From a bacterium (lineage in GTDB: Bacteria > UBA8248), in contig OZ253442.1 in the NCBI GenBank assembly GCA_965261085.1, forward strand, positions 3,936,001 through 4,000,000: 64,000 bases of DNA. The letters are read 5' to 3'. The notes beneath the pieces were generated by a model. That model had not been told where the DNA came from and made no database searches. It was given only the letters and a program-made list of their open reading frames with translations. This document shows, one piece after another, positions 54,399 through 64,000 of the stretch (its first letter is position 1; the number at the start of each line of letters is the position of its first letter). A program made the translations under genes and the position numbers.

Positions 54399-55274
54399 CT
54401 ACATGTGCGGCCACACCGGGTCGGTTCGGTTGTTCAAGGGACCCGAGGGGTGTTCTTCGAGATAATCGTAGATGTTGCCGAGCCCTCCCCTTCTCAGCAT
54501 GGTGAGCCTCTCGCCCAGGTGATCCATGCTGTTGAGGTCGGTCTCATACACTTCGAACACCTTATCCTGCACCTCCTCGCGGCTGAGTCCACCACTTTTC
54601 AGTACCCTGACCTTGTCGATCAACTCATGGAGCTTTTCCCGCTGGCGAGGTATCTCGCTTTTTTGACAAGGCCTCCCGTGCCCGGGCACGTACCAGTCCA
54701 CGTCCAGGGCTTCGAGCACGCCCAGGGACTGGAACCAGCCCCACACGTCGGCCGAATGGCACGCCACGTTGAAGGCGGGTGTGAGGTTGTCCGCCGTGAA
54801 TGCGACGCGGTCCTCCACCGCGTGGACGACGGTCTGCCCGCGCGTGTGACCGGGAGATTCGATGAGGATGAACGTCTTACCGCCCAGGCGAATCGTCATC
54901 CGCCCCTTGTAGGTAATGTCGGGGGGCCTGAGCTCGAAGCCCTCGAGCAGCGCCTCGTTTTCGGGGTCGTACTTGAGCATGCGTTCTTTGCCTTCTTCCG
55001 GCGTGGCGATGGAGGTGTAGAAATCCGCATAAGTTATCTCGCTCGAAATGATCCGCTCGGGCTCCAGGAACCAGTTCGCCGCAATATGATCCTGGTGATG
55101 CTCGGTGTTGATGAGATAGCGAAGCGGGCCCTTCTCCCGAATGAAGTCACGCCAGGCAATGGCTTCAGAAGGCCGCATGGGGCCGTCTATCGCGATGACG
55201 CCATCCTCAGTCACCACCATACCCACCGTGGGGTAGCAATCATAAAAAAAGACGTTTTCGCTCAACTGTTCCAA
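54399..55274 (-). CDS. MBL-fold metallo-hydrolase (cyclase-like)
   Basis: INTEHHQDH, PGHT, VPGHG; TTG start after CAGGAGG. Confidence 0.85.
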   Translation of the reverse strand: MEQLSENVFFYDCYPTVGMVVTEDGVIAIDGPMRPSEAIAWRDFIREKGPLRYLINTEHHQDHIAANWFLEPERIISSEITYADFYTSIATPEEGKERMLKYDPENEALLEGFELRPPDITYKGRMTIRLGGKTFILIESPGHTRGQTVVHAVEDRVAFTADNLTPAFNVACHSADVWGWFQSLGVLEALDVDWYVPGHGRPCQKSEIPRQREKLHELIDKVRVLKSGGLSREEVQDKVFEVYETDLNSMDHLGERLTMLRRGGLGNIYDYLEEHPSGPLNNRTDPVWPHM

Positions 55275-55315
55275 TCGTCCATCCTCCTGAACGGCATCCG
55301 GTAAGATAGCCTCAC

Positions 55316-56200
55316 TTAATCGCTCAAACCCGCCTCGCGGTCGAACCATTCGCGAATGACGCCCTGATCCAGAGCCCCAAGTCCCATATCCATCGCGCCC
55401 TGATACGCTCTTTGGACCGCATCCGCCACCGGCGTGGCGGCGGCGTTTGAGCGGGCGAACTGCTCAATGAGTCCCAAATCCTTGTGCATGAGGGCGAGTG
55501 CGAATTTTACGGGTTCATATTCTTTTTTTCTCAAGCCCCGGCCGCGCGTTTTCATCACGCGAAACACCGTGCTCGAATAGAGATATCCCATCATCTGGTC
55601 GGGGTCCAAGCCCGATTTCACCCCGAGGGTGAAGCCTTCCGCCAGAGCGCATAGCTGGGCGGAGACGAGATGGTTCGTGATGAGCTTCATCCTCAGCCCC
55701 GAACCGTTGGGGCCGAAATAATCGAGCAATTCACACGCGCTCTCCAGCACCGCGCGGTGTGCGTCCAGCACTTCCTTATCCCCTCCCACCATGAAGCCGA
55801 TTTTCGCATCGCGCGCGATAATGGCGTTACCGCTGATGGGGGCATCCAGAAAATGAAAACCGCGGCTCGCAGCTTCTTCGGCAACGGCGATGCTCTCCTC
55901 GGGCAGGATGGTGGAGAAATCAAAACAGACGGCCCCCTCCTTCGCTGTGAGCAACGCGCCCTTCTCGCCGAGATAGGCGTCACGCACGTGCTCGCCCCTG
56001 GGTACCGAGCTACAAACGTAGTCCGCCCCCCGGGCCGTCTCCGCAGGAGAATCGAAGACGGGGATGCCCGCCTCTCTCGCCGCCTCCTGCGCGGCAGGAC
56101 TCGGGTCGTAGCCTACGACCTCGTAGCCCGCCTTCAGCATATTGGCGGCGACGGCTCCGCCCATGTTGCCGAGCCCTAGAAATGCGATTCTCTTGGCCAC
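55316..56200 (-). CDS. NAD(P)-dependent oxidoreductase, 3-hydroxyisobutyrate dehydrogenase family
   Basis: GLGNMG, LDAPISG, KLITN, KDL. Confidence 0.9.
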   Translation of the reverse strand: MAKRIAFLGLGNMGGAVAANMLKAGYEVVGYDPSPAAQEAAREAGIPVFDSPAETARGADYVCSSVPRGEHVRDAYLGEKGALLTAKEGAVCFDFSTILPEESIAVAEEAASRGFHFLDAPISGNAIIARDAKIGFMVGGDKEVLDAHRAVLESACELLDYFGPNGSGLRMKLITNHLVSAQLCALAEGFTLGVKSGLDPDQMMGYLYSSTVFRVMKTRGRGLRKKEYEPVKFALALMHKDLGLIEQFARSNAAATPVADAVQRAYQGAMDMGLGALDQGVIREWFDREAGLSD

Positions 56201-56212
56201 ATCCGCTCCTCC

Positions 56213-57298
56213 TCAAACGCCATATCGCCGTATGGCCTCTTCCGTGAATTCCACCCCGTGTCCGGGCGCATCGGGAACCTCCATGCAGCCGTCCACGACG
56301 GGGAAATCCTGCGTGAGGACGTCTGGAGGCAACAATTCCACGTACTCCACCATGTAGCCGCTCGGTGTTGCGGCGAGAAGGCTCACGGACACCTCCTGGA
56401 GCAGATGCGCGCACAACGAGAGATTGTAGGCTTCCGCCAGGTGGGCCGCCTTTCGAAACTCCGTCACGCCGCCGCAGCGGCCCACGTCGGGCTGCAGGTA
56501 AGCCGCCGCCCTTCTCTCGCAAATCTCCCGAAACCCCCAGCGCATGTATGCGTTTTCGCCCGCGGCGATGGGCACGGGACTCCTTTCGGCCACGTCCGCC
56601 ATATCGTCCACCGAATCGGCGAGCACCGGCTCCTCGAACCAGCGCACGTCGTATTCGGCGAGCATGGCTGCTACCTCCAAAGCCTCGCGCGGGTTGTACT
56701 TCTGGTTGGCGTCCGCAAACAAGACGACCGACTCGCCCACTTCTTTTCTCAAGAGGCGGATGCGCTCCTCATCCCGGTTGGTCCCCAGCTTCAGCTTGTA
56801 CGCGCCGATCCCTTTCTCCATGAAGCCCATACATTCATCCACCATCTCGGCATCCGTGAACGTGAGCCACCCTCCGCTGCCGTATACGGGAACCATATCC
56901 CTGAAACCGCCCAGGATCCGGCAAAGCGGCAACCCCGCCGCCTTGGCGAGCGCGTCCCAGCAAGCGGTATCCACCGCGGAGAGCGCCTGAACGCCCAGCC
57001 CGCCGCGCATTCTCGGCTTGTTCGGTCCCCACAGACGCTCCCAAAGCGCCTCGGGCGCAAGGGCATCCTGGCCCACCGCCAGCGGAGCCAGTTCTTTTTC
57101 GATGTAGGGAACGAGCGTCGTCGAGGTCTCCCCGCCCAGACCCATCACGAAGCCGCAGCCCGTCGGGCCGTTTTCGGTGTGGAGAAAGACCAACAGATAA
57201 TCGAGTTCCGACTTCGTGCTGTTGGCACTTCCTATCGGGCGGGCCAGGGGCACCTTGAGCGAATTCGCTTCTATTTTCGTGATTTTCAGTTCAGCCAT
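56213..57298 (-). CDS. Mandelate racemase/muconate lactonizing enzyme family
   Basis: KLK, DANQ, WFEEP, GEN, QPD, PGHG. Confidence 0.92.
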   Translation of the reverse strand: MAELKITKIEANSLKVPLARPIGSANSTKSELDYLLVFLHTENGPTGCGFVMGLGGETSTTLVPYIEKELAPLAVGQDALAPEALWERLWGPNKPRMRGGLGVQALSAVDTACWDALAKAAGLPLCRILGGFRDMVPVYGSGGWLTFTDAEMVDECMGFMEKGIGAYKLKLGTNRDEERIRLLRKEVGESVVLFADANQKYNPREALEVAAMLAEYDVRWFEEPVLADSVDDMADVAERSPVPIAAGENAYMRWGFREICERRAAAYLQPDVGRCGGVTEFRKAAHLAEAYNLSLCAHLLQEVSVSLLAATPSGYMVEYVELLPPDVLTQDFPVVDGCMEVPDAPGHGVEFTEEAIRRYGV

Positions 57299-57339
57299 GC
57301 GTCACAAGCCCACCAAATCATGCGCTCCAATACGACAAA

Positions 57340-57373
57340 GGCTGCGGAGGCATTCACGAACGCCTCCGCAGCC
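57340..57373 (-). terminator. Hairpin/terminator after the substrate-binding protein gene
   Basis: GGCTGCGGAGGC-N10-GCCTCCGCAGCC followed by TTT on the minus strand. Confidence 0.55.
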
Positions 57374-57394
57374 CCGGGAAACAAGTCGAAAAAC

Positions 57395-58405
57395 TTAGTT
57401 CATCTTCATGCTGGCCAGCGCCTTGGTGAGCGGGCCTCTCTCGATGCCCTCACCCCCTGCGAAATCGGGCAGGCGACGAATCTTGCGCCGGCCCTTTTGG
57501 ACCTTGGCCGTCGCGTTCAGCGCGTTGATGATGCGCGGGGTGATTTTATACAGAGGACGCACCACGTTGATGGAGCGTCTGGCGATGGAATAATCCACCT
57601 TGCGGCCCTTCGCAATCAGCCACTTGTGATAGACCTTGGCGAACTTGTCGGGGTCTTTCTTCCAAAGCTGCGCGGATTTGAGATAAGCCCGCAGGTACTT
57701 CACCACGCCGCCCGGGTTGCTCTTGAGCGTTCTGGGGTTGGCGAGTTCGATGAAGATCATCGCCGGCGGATTGTCGTATTTACAGTAATCCACGATGGGA
57801 CGGCCCCATTTCATGTCTATGAGGCGGAACGAGGTGGGCGCGCCGATGACCATCGCGGAAACCACCTTGGCCCTGAAGGCCGAGAGCCGCTCCGCCGTGG
57901 TGGTGTTCATGATCTTGATGTCGCCCGGCTTCATGCCGAACGCGGGCAGGATACCGTTATCAAAAACAAAATGGGTGGATGTGCCTTTTTTCTCGGCGAT
58001 TGTCTTGCCCTTGAGGTCGGCCATCGTCTTGATCGGGGAATCTATCGGCACCCATATGGACATCGATTTACACCACGAGGAACTGGCGGAAACCATCACC
58101 AGACCCGCCTTTTTGGCCACCCCGTCCACGAAGGGCCGCGTGGCGCCATGTCCCACGTCGAGACTGCGCGAGAGCAGCGCCTCGATGACGAGCTTGCCCT
58201 GCGCGAAAACTTTCACCTCCCAATTGCCTTTTCCGAATTCCTCATCGAAATAGCCCATCCCCATGGCGACCGCTGTAAAGGAGCCGAACGTCTGGCGGTG
58301 CATGCCGATGCGGAACTTGGCCGCCTCGGCGTCGGTCGTCGAGAAGCCGACTGGCACGAGGCTCAATGCGAGAATCAGACTTAAAAACCCGAACCACTTT
58401 CTCAT
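57395..58405 (-). CDS. ABC transporter substrate-binding protein (SsuA/NMT1-like)
   Basis: Signal peptide MRKWFG; SPIKTMADLKGKTIA..KGTSTH. Confidence 0.85.
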   Translation of the reverse strand: MRKWFGFLSLILALSLVPVGFSTTDAEAAKFRIGMHRQTFGSFTAVAMGMGYFDEEFGKGNWEVKVFAQGKLVIEALLSRSLDVGHGATRPFVDGVAKKAGLVMVSASSSWCKSMSIWVPIDSPIKTMADLKGKTIAEKKGTSTHFVFDNGILPAFGMKPGDIKIMNTTTAERLSAFRAKVVSAMVIGAPTSFRLIDMKWGRPIVDYCKYDNPPAMIFIELANPRTLKSNPGGVVKYLRAYLKSAQLWKKDPDKFAKVYHKWLIAKGRKVDYSIARRSINVVRPLYKITPRIINALNATAKVQKGRRKIRRLPDFAGGEGIERGPLTKALASMKMN

Positions 58406-58595
58406 CTTGTTTCTCCTCTCGGAAAATGAAAATAGATAGCTTACCTCACGAAAAAGTGAGCGACTATTTTGAAACGGATGGGCAGAGTATGTCACAGGCG
58501 CGATTCCTTTGCATCAGGAGAAAATAAAATATCCCCTTTCAAGAACCCCTCCAGGGAGTTCAAACCACCAACGCTCTTCGGAGAAGACGCCGGAT

Positions 58596-59411
58596 TCAAA
58601 GCCGCATCAAATCCTCGCCGGCGACGATGGGACCTGCGAAATAAGGGGCTATCGCCTCCTTTACCTTTTAATCCGGTGCCAAAGGAGGGACGACGTGCGA
58701 GAAAACGAGCATCCCGACGCCGGCCTCTGTAGCTGTTTTCCCGACTTCTTCCGCCGTGGCGTGATGGGCCGCCACAATCTTCGCCGTGCCTCTGAATCCG
58801 CCGAAATTCTCGTCTATCAGCTCAGGTAGGCAGGGGTGCATCACCAAAACATCCGCCCCTCGCGCGAGTGGAACCAGCTTATCCGTGGGACTGCCGTCGC
58901 TCGCGATGACGATTTTTCTGCCCTCCGCCGTAAATGCGTAGGAGATGATCTGATCCACGTTGCCGTGGCGCGTACCCTTCTCCACATGGATACCGATGCC
59001 GTCCACCTCGAACGCATCGCCGGGCTCAAGAACGGACACTTCGATTCCGGTCCCGGCCCTGGGTTTTCCCTCGTTCGCCCTGAGATCGATGTCGTACTCG
59101 TAATAATGGAGCATCCGTTCGACCATCTCCTCAACAGGCGACGGGCCATAGACCTTCAGAGGCGTCGCCGCGCCCATGATCCAGCGCGAGATGAAGAACT
59201 CCCCGAAGCCCGTGTAGTGATCGGAGTGAAAATGCGTGAAAAACAGATGACCCACGTCACTCACGCGAAAACCCGACTTCGCGATTTGAGTCGCGGCATG
59301 GCGGGCGGCGTCCACCAGATAAAGTTTCCCGCCTTTGACGATGGCGTTGCACGGGCCGCTTTTTTGAGGAGTAGGCGGCGGCGCGCCCACGCCCAGGAGT
59401 ATGAGTTCCAA
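58596..59411 (-). pseudogene. RNase Z/arylsulfatase-like MBL-fold hydrolase with premature TAA (58668-58670)
   Basis: THFHSDH, AHHAT, SHVVP; after the TAA the frame continues KVKEAIAPYFAGPIVAGEDLMRL*, the usual family C-terminus. Confidence 0.75.
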
Positions 59412-59525
59412 AACGGGTTTCCTCCCCTTCACGAAAGTAGATATGTGTCTTGCCGGAATGGATTCTTGGGGGTATTCTTGCGCGAATATCCTCATTCACG
59501 TCAACCAAAAGAAAAAGAGGCCGCT

Positions 59526-60386
59526 ATGGATCGTCTGTCCGAACATCTATACGCAGAAACCGCCTATGATTGGGCGAACGTGGGCGCCGCAGTCACGGAA
59601 AGCGGCGTCGTGCTCTTCGACTCCCCGGTGCGGCCGAGCGATTCGCGCAAGTGGCAAGAAGAAGTCTCTTCTTTAAGTCCGCTGGGCGTGCGCTACCTCA
59701 TCGCCACCGATTATCACGGCGACCACACGACGGGCTCCTCCTTCATCAAGGGGGACGTCGCCCGCATCGCCCCTCAATACGTCTACGATGAAATATCGAA
59801 GGGCGATAACGCTTTCTCCAAGGAAATTTTCGTGAAAACGCTGAGAGACTTAGGCTTCGTCGAGGAGGCGGATGAAATCGAAAACACCGCCGTTCCGCTG
59901 CCTCAGTTTTGTTTTGAAGACAGTCTGATCCTGCATCTGCCGCCTCTCACGTTCGAGATTCACCGCAAGGGCGGCCACTCCCCCGCGTGCACTTCGGTTC
60001 TCGTGCCCGAGGAGGGCGTGCTCTTCTCCGGAGACGTCGTCATCAACGGCCCCTCGGCCGGCATGCGCGACGCCTACGTGCGCGAGTGGATAGAGGCGCT
60101 CACCTGGGTGGAGAATCTCGACATCGAGACCATCGTCCCCGGCCACGGCGATTTATGCGGCAAAGAGGTTGCCACGGAGCTCAAAGATCGCCTGAGCGGG
60201 ATGATGGAGATCATGGCAGAGGTCATCAGTTCCGGAAAACAGAAGGCGGAAGCCGTCGAAGATCCGAAATTCCTCCAGTATTTCCATGCCGACGAATCGC
60301 GCGGCGCATACTGGTTTCAGCAAAGGAAAGACACCTTCCGTGATGGTCTGGAGCGCCTGTTTGACGAGGTCGTCGCTGAGACCTAG
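59526..60386 (+). CDS. MBL-fold metallo-hydrolase (cyclase-like)
   Basis: TDYHGDH, GGHS, FSGD, VPGHG; start MDRLSEH after AGAGG. Confidence 0.85.
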   Translation: MDRLSEHLYAETAYDWANVGAAVTESGVVLFDSPVRPSDSRKWQEEVSSLSPLGVRYLIATDYHGDHTTGSSFIKGDVARIAPQYVYDEISKGDNAFSKEIFVKTLRDLGFVEEADEIENTAVPLPQFCFEDSLILHLPPLTFEIHRKGGHSPACTSVLVPEEGVLFSGDVVINGPSAGMRDAYVREWIEALTWVENLDIETIVPGHGDLCGKEVATELKDRLSGMMEIMAEVISSGKQKAEAVEDPKFLQYFHADESRGAYWFQQRKDTFRDGLERLFDEVVAET

Positions 60387-60423
60387 AGCAGACGAGGACT
60401 TCATCACCGAAAAGGAGACCTAG

Positions 60424-60849
60424 ATGAGAGTAGAAGAAAAGAAATTGGGCCGCATCTTCCGCGTCACGCTCGAGGACGGAGATAATTTCTATACGAATTT
60501 ATGCAACCTCGTGAAGGAGAAGAACATCCGGGCGGGTTCGGTTTTTCTCATTGGCGCTCTTTCAGAAACGGATATGATATCGGGCTTCAAGAGCATGGAC
60601 GGCTACGACGTCGACCGCTTGCACTTCGAGGGCTGGCGCGAACTCGTGGCTCTCGGAAACATCACCTGGCCGGACGCCCCACCCCTGGCCCTCGGCGACG
60701 TGAGTTGGGATGAACCCCAGCCCTACGTCCACGTGCACATGGCCATCAGCGGCGGCCCGGGCGAGCCGGAAAAGGTCCTGGCGGGACACCTGAGCGACGG
60801 CACCATCAAAGGCATGGTCGTCGAAATCTATGAGCACTTAGAAGCCTAG
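60424..60849 (+). CDS. PPC/DUF296 domain protein
   Basis: ELVALGNI, HVHMAIS, AGHL. Confidence 0.85.
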   Translation: MRVEEKKLGRIFRVTLEDGDNFYTNLCNLVKEKNIRAGSVFLIGALSETDMISGFKSMDGYDVDRLHFEGWRELVALGNITWPDAPPLALGDVSWDEPQPYVHVHMAISGGPGEPEKVLAGHLSDGTIKGMVVEIYEHLEA

Positions 60850-60910
60850 ATGCGTTCGTGATCCCCACCGGTTCATGGCGGCTTGAGAGTGTTTCCCACA
60901 GAATGGGACG

Positions 60911-62062
60911 ATGAACGTCACACCCCTCGAAAATCTCCCCTTCGCGCCCAGCGAAGACCCTTTTGTCGTGGAGCACGGCGGGTTCTACCGGCGATGGTTC
61001 TACATGATCGAGGACATTGAGGAACTCAAGAGCGCCGTCGCCTCCCTTGAGGGAACCACCGACGACCTCTGGGTACCCGTTTGGCTTAAGATAGGCCAAC
61101 GCTATGAAAAACTCGCGGAAGAACTCGCCGTCGGTGGGGACGCTTCCGTCGCGCGCGAGAAATTTCTCCTCGCCAAGACCTACTACAGCCTCGCGCGGTT
61201 TCCCCGCCCCCTCACACCGCTCAAGGAACAAGCCAATCAGGCCTGCATACGCGCATACCTGAAATCGTGCGAGTTCCTCGACCCGCCGCTGGAAGTAGTC
61301 GGCGTGGAGTGCGCGGGAAAAACCATCACTTCTCATTTTCGCTCGCCAACCGACGCGGACGCTGCAAACCCCGCGCCCGCCGTCCTCATCATGTGCGGCG
61401 GAGACATGTTCAAGGAAGATCGAGGCTGGGCGGGCGAAATGGCCCTGGAACACGGCCTCGCCACCTTGGTGATGGACGGCCCCGGCACGGGGGAGAACCC
61501 TTTTCCCTACGAACCAGAATCCGTGGTCGCGTGGAAGGCGGCGGTCGACTATCTCGTCGCGCGTCCCGAGGTGGATGCAGGGCGCATCGGCGCGTTCGGC
61601 ATTAGCCGGGGCGGGCATTCCGTGATGCTGCTCGCAGGTTCTTATCCCGAGAAGGTGCGCGCGGCCGTCGCCAGTGCGGGCCATCACTTCGGCTACCGCA
61701 TGACGCAGGCGGAGATGGAGAACTACGTCGCCAACAGGAACAGGCGCGCCTCCTACATCTTCGGCGCGCCGGGAGACGGCCCCTCTTTTCCCGAAACCAC
61801 AATCGAGAAAGAAGAGGAACTATTCGAGCGATGGTCGCTCAGCGAACTGGATCTCGTGGAGAAAATCGTCTGCCCCGTCTTGATGATCAACGGAAAGCAG
61901 GATCACTTGGCCCCCATCGGGAACATCTATTACATGCTCGAGCACGGCCCCGTCACCGGCAAGGAGGCGCGCATCTACCCCGACGATGGGCACTGCGCCT
62001 TCAAATACTTCGAGCAATGGGCGCCCGAATCTTTCAGATGGCTGAGGGAGAAGCTATCATAA
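60911..62062 (+). CDS. Alpha/beta hydrolase (FrsA/DHPON hydrolase-like)
   Basis: DGPGTG, GISRGG nucleophile elbow, NGKQD, GHC. Confidence 0.88.
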   Translation: MNVTPLENLPFAPSEDPFVVEHGGFYRRWFYMIEDIEELKSAVASLEGTTDDLWVPVWLKIGQRYEKLAEELAVGGDASVAREKFLLAKTYYSLARFPRPLTPLKEQANQACIRAYLKSCEFLDPPLEVVGVECAGKTITSHFRSPTDADAANPAPAVLIMCGGDMFKEDRGWAGEMALEHGLATLVMDGPGTGENPFPYEPESVVAWKAAVDYLVARPEVDAGRIGAFGISRGGHSVMLLAGSYPEKVRAAVASAGHHFGYRMTQAEMENYVANRNRRASYIFGAPGDGPSFPETTIEKEEELFERWSLSELDLVEKIVCPVLMINGKQDHLAPIGNIYYMLEHGPVTGKEARIYPDDGHCAFKYFEQWAPESFRWLREKLS

Positions 62063-62339
62063 GGCTCATTATAACAACACCTTAAGACTTACGAAATTTA
62101 TCGAAAAACATCGTGAATTTATCTATATTTATCGTATTTTTCGCTATTTCCAGAAATTCATTTCCTGACCCATCCTTCTGAACGCGACGCGCTCCATACC
62201 GAAGCCCGAGATTTGGCGGCCTACTGCAAATGCGGGGTGGTGCGCTTCAAATTCTTGCGGAATTTCTCGTGACGAGAAAAAACTGAACACATGAACGGAG
62301 TGAAACAAAATCTATAGCAGCAATAAGAATATCTTTTCC

Positions 62340-64000
62340 TTACGTCTCTGTATTTACCCGTATACCGATTTGGTTAGCTACTGCGGTGTAGAGATCTATA
62401 TCAGATTCCGGTGCGTTGATACTTATGACTAGGGCGTATCGCGCGCTCTGATCATACCGTTTGAGTGCATGGCGTGTTTTCCACCAACCCTGAGTGGGAT
62501 AGACGGCGATGTTCCCTCGGCTCCCCAGATCGGCTGCGGTTCCCCGCCATATATCGCCATGTAGCGAGCCTCTGTGCCGGCCCTGTTTTCCAACCAACCA
62601 CGCTGGGTCCCCAGTGCTTTCACTAGTTCCTTCTTCTTCCCGAGCTGCGGCATTTATGCGACTGCGAAATGCGTTGATCGTCTCCAGTGGCTGCTTAACA
62701 TCAAAACGGAGGCCGTGAGACTCATATCTATAACGCGATCGAACACCCCTTCGAGACGGATTAGGTTCAATGAAATAAGAGAGCGTAACTCTCATTTCGA
62801 CCTGTGTTTCTCCTAGGCTTTCCAGAACATCTTGTGGCCAGGGCAAATGATGGAGGTGCATGTCGCAAGCTGAGGGCCTATATTTTCCTGCCTCTAACTT
62901 GAAAGGATGAAGACTTTCCTGAATGACCATAGTCAGCGAATTCGCGACGCTCCAGAGCGCACGGTCGATATCCGGCACACCGAAACCGCAACGCCGCAGG
63001 AGGCGTACATAGTCTTGTTTTGATGGAGTCCGAGTTGCAGGAAGAAACGAGCCTTTCATGGCATCTGTCCATTCCGCCGAATGTACGATCAGGGCGCGCA
63101 CCGTCTCGGGCCACAACTCAGGATAGACCGCCAAAATTTGAGCGGCTAGCCGAGATGCAAGCGCCGCAGCAGCGCTAGTAGCGTTAGCCGTGGTGAATAG
63201 ACGTTCGACAGGACGGTGATGAGTGGTCAGTAAACTGAGGCTGGGCATCGAGACGGCGCTCAATGAATCCTTCGCCGCATTACCACCTTCAAACACCACA
63301 TCCGGTTTCAGCGGCCAATGCGGCTCCCATATCAGGGAAGTGGTGCTGAAAGGACTCAAGCCACCCTTCGGTGCGATTGGCGAAAAACTACTCGCATCGG
63401 GCTCAGTAATCCGCACGAGGTCTGTCCAACCTCCTACTGTAAGTACATTCCAAGCCTGGGCGGGATCATGAACTCCGTCAGTGTCGTTGCTACCCGGGTA
63501 TTCAGACCATGCGTTGCTATCGTCGATATTACCGGCGGATACGACAAGCAGGCGCGGATGTGCTCCGTCTCCGTCGTCATCACTTGCCAAGGAGTCGAGC
63601 GCGGAGGACCATGCGGAAGGTTGTCCCCTATCCCGATTATCTCGAGCCGTAATGGTCATCCCGAAGATTCTTTGCCGTGATGGAGCGGTGATTTCGGGCC
63701 TAGCCACAGCTTCCACCGTCAAATATCCATGGTGATTGGGGTCCGTTCCGGTTGCGCCATCTTGGGGTAGTAGTTTTACAGATTCAAGGCGATGGTTAAT
63801 TTCAACACGGCCTTGCCCAACAAGAAGTTCCGTCAAGTTTCCCACGAGAGCCAACCCTGCCATTTGAGTCCCATGGCCAACCATATCGTCGGTTCCCCAG
63901 GCAGGCTCAACTGTATGTAGATCGTCTTCGGCTAATGCAGAGGCAAGCAGTGGATGCCCACGATTGATACCCGTATCAAGTAAGCAGACATAGGGAGTCT
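62340..64000 (-). CDS. S8 family serine protease (y4bN/IetS-like), 5' part outside the window
   Basis: Frame open to the window edge: VCLLDTG, HGTQMAG, SAGN, KPDVV, ATSAAA, GFGVP, YFIEPNP. Confidence 0.88.
   Translation of the reverse strand, partial: TPYVCLLDTGINRGHPLLASALAEDDLHTVEPAWGTDDMVGHGTQMAGLALVGNLTELLVGQGRVEINHRLESVKLLPQDGATGTDPNHHGYLTVEAVARPEITAPSRQRIFGMTITARDNRDRGQPSAWSSALDSLASDDDGDGAHPRLLVVSAGNIDDSNAWSEYPGSNDTDGVHDPAQAWNVLTVGGWTDLVRITEPDASSFSPIAPKGGLSPFSTTSLIWEPHWPLKPDVVFEGGNAAKDSLSAVSMPSLSLLTTHHRPVERLFTTANATSAAAALASRLAAQILAVYPELWPETVRALIVHSAEWTDAMKGSFLPATRTPSKQDYVRLLRRCGFGVPDIDRALWSVANSLTMVIQESLHPFKLEAGKYRPSACDMHLHHLPWPQDVLESLGETQVEMRVTLSYFIEPNPSRRGVRSRYRYESHGLRFDVKQPLETINAFRSRINAAAREEEGTSESTGDPAWLVGKQGRHRGSLHGDIWRGTAADLGSRGNIAVYPTQGWWKTRHALKRYDQSARYALVISINAPESDIDLYTAVANQIGIRVNTET

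Noticed and set aside
56258-58384. 708-aa plus-strand ORF
   Set aside because: Antisense to two well-supported minus-strand genes; shadow-type composition.
58836-59525. N-terminal 230 aa of the 516-aa ORF
   Set aside because: Overlaps the minus-strand MBL gene; the real start is ATG 59526 with an RBS.

Overview
High-GC bacterial chromosomal segment; gene style suggests a Nitrospinota/Tectomicrobia/deltaproteobacteria-like organism, but this is not tested. Bases 1-12.6 kb hold the minus-strand core cluster tRNA(Thr,Tyr,Gly,Thr)-tuf-tRNA-Trp-secE-nusG-rplKAJL-rpoBC, with no rpmG. Next come an AT-richer PD-(D/E)xK nuclease gene, rlmB-cysS-ispF-ispD-PIN/TRAM and moaC. An AT-rich AAA+ ATPase/S8 protease pair (IetAS-like) follows, and its protease appears to carry an inserted domain. 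After it are dcd with NrdR-like and DnaA-like boxes, housekeeping and transport genes, and two IS1182 copies around a type ISP restriction-modification remnant. From 36.7 to 62 kb is a long catabolic/transport region. A second IetS-like S8 protease runs off the right edge. Features the ORF track hides: two split genes that are probably selenoproteins (OsmC-like and AhpD-like CxxU), each with a SECIS-like hairpin; an alpha/beta hydrolase lacking its nucleophile Ser; an RNase Z-like gene with a premature TAA; three toxin-antitoxin loci with damaged toxins; two palindromic repeat families; and an ATA-rich tuf. All calls come from reading the sequence; no searches were run.
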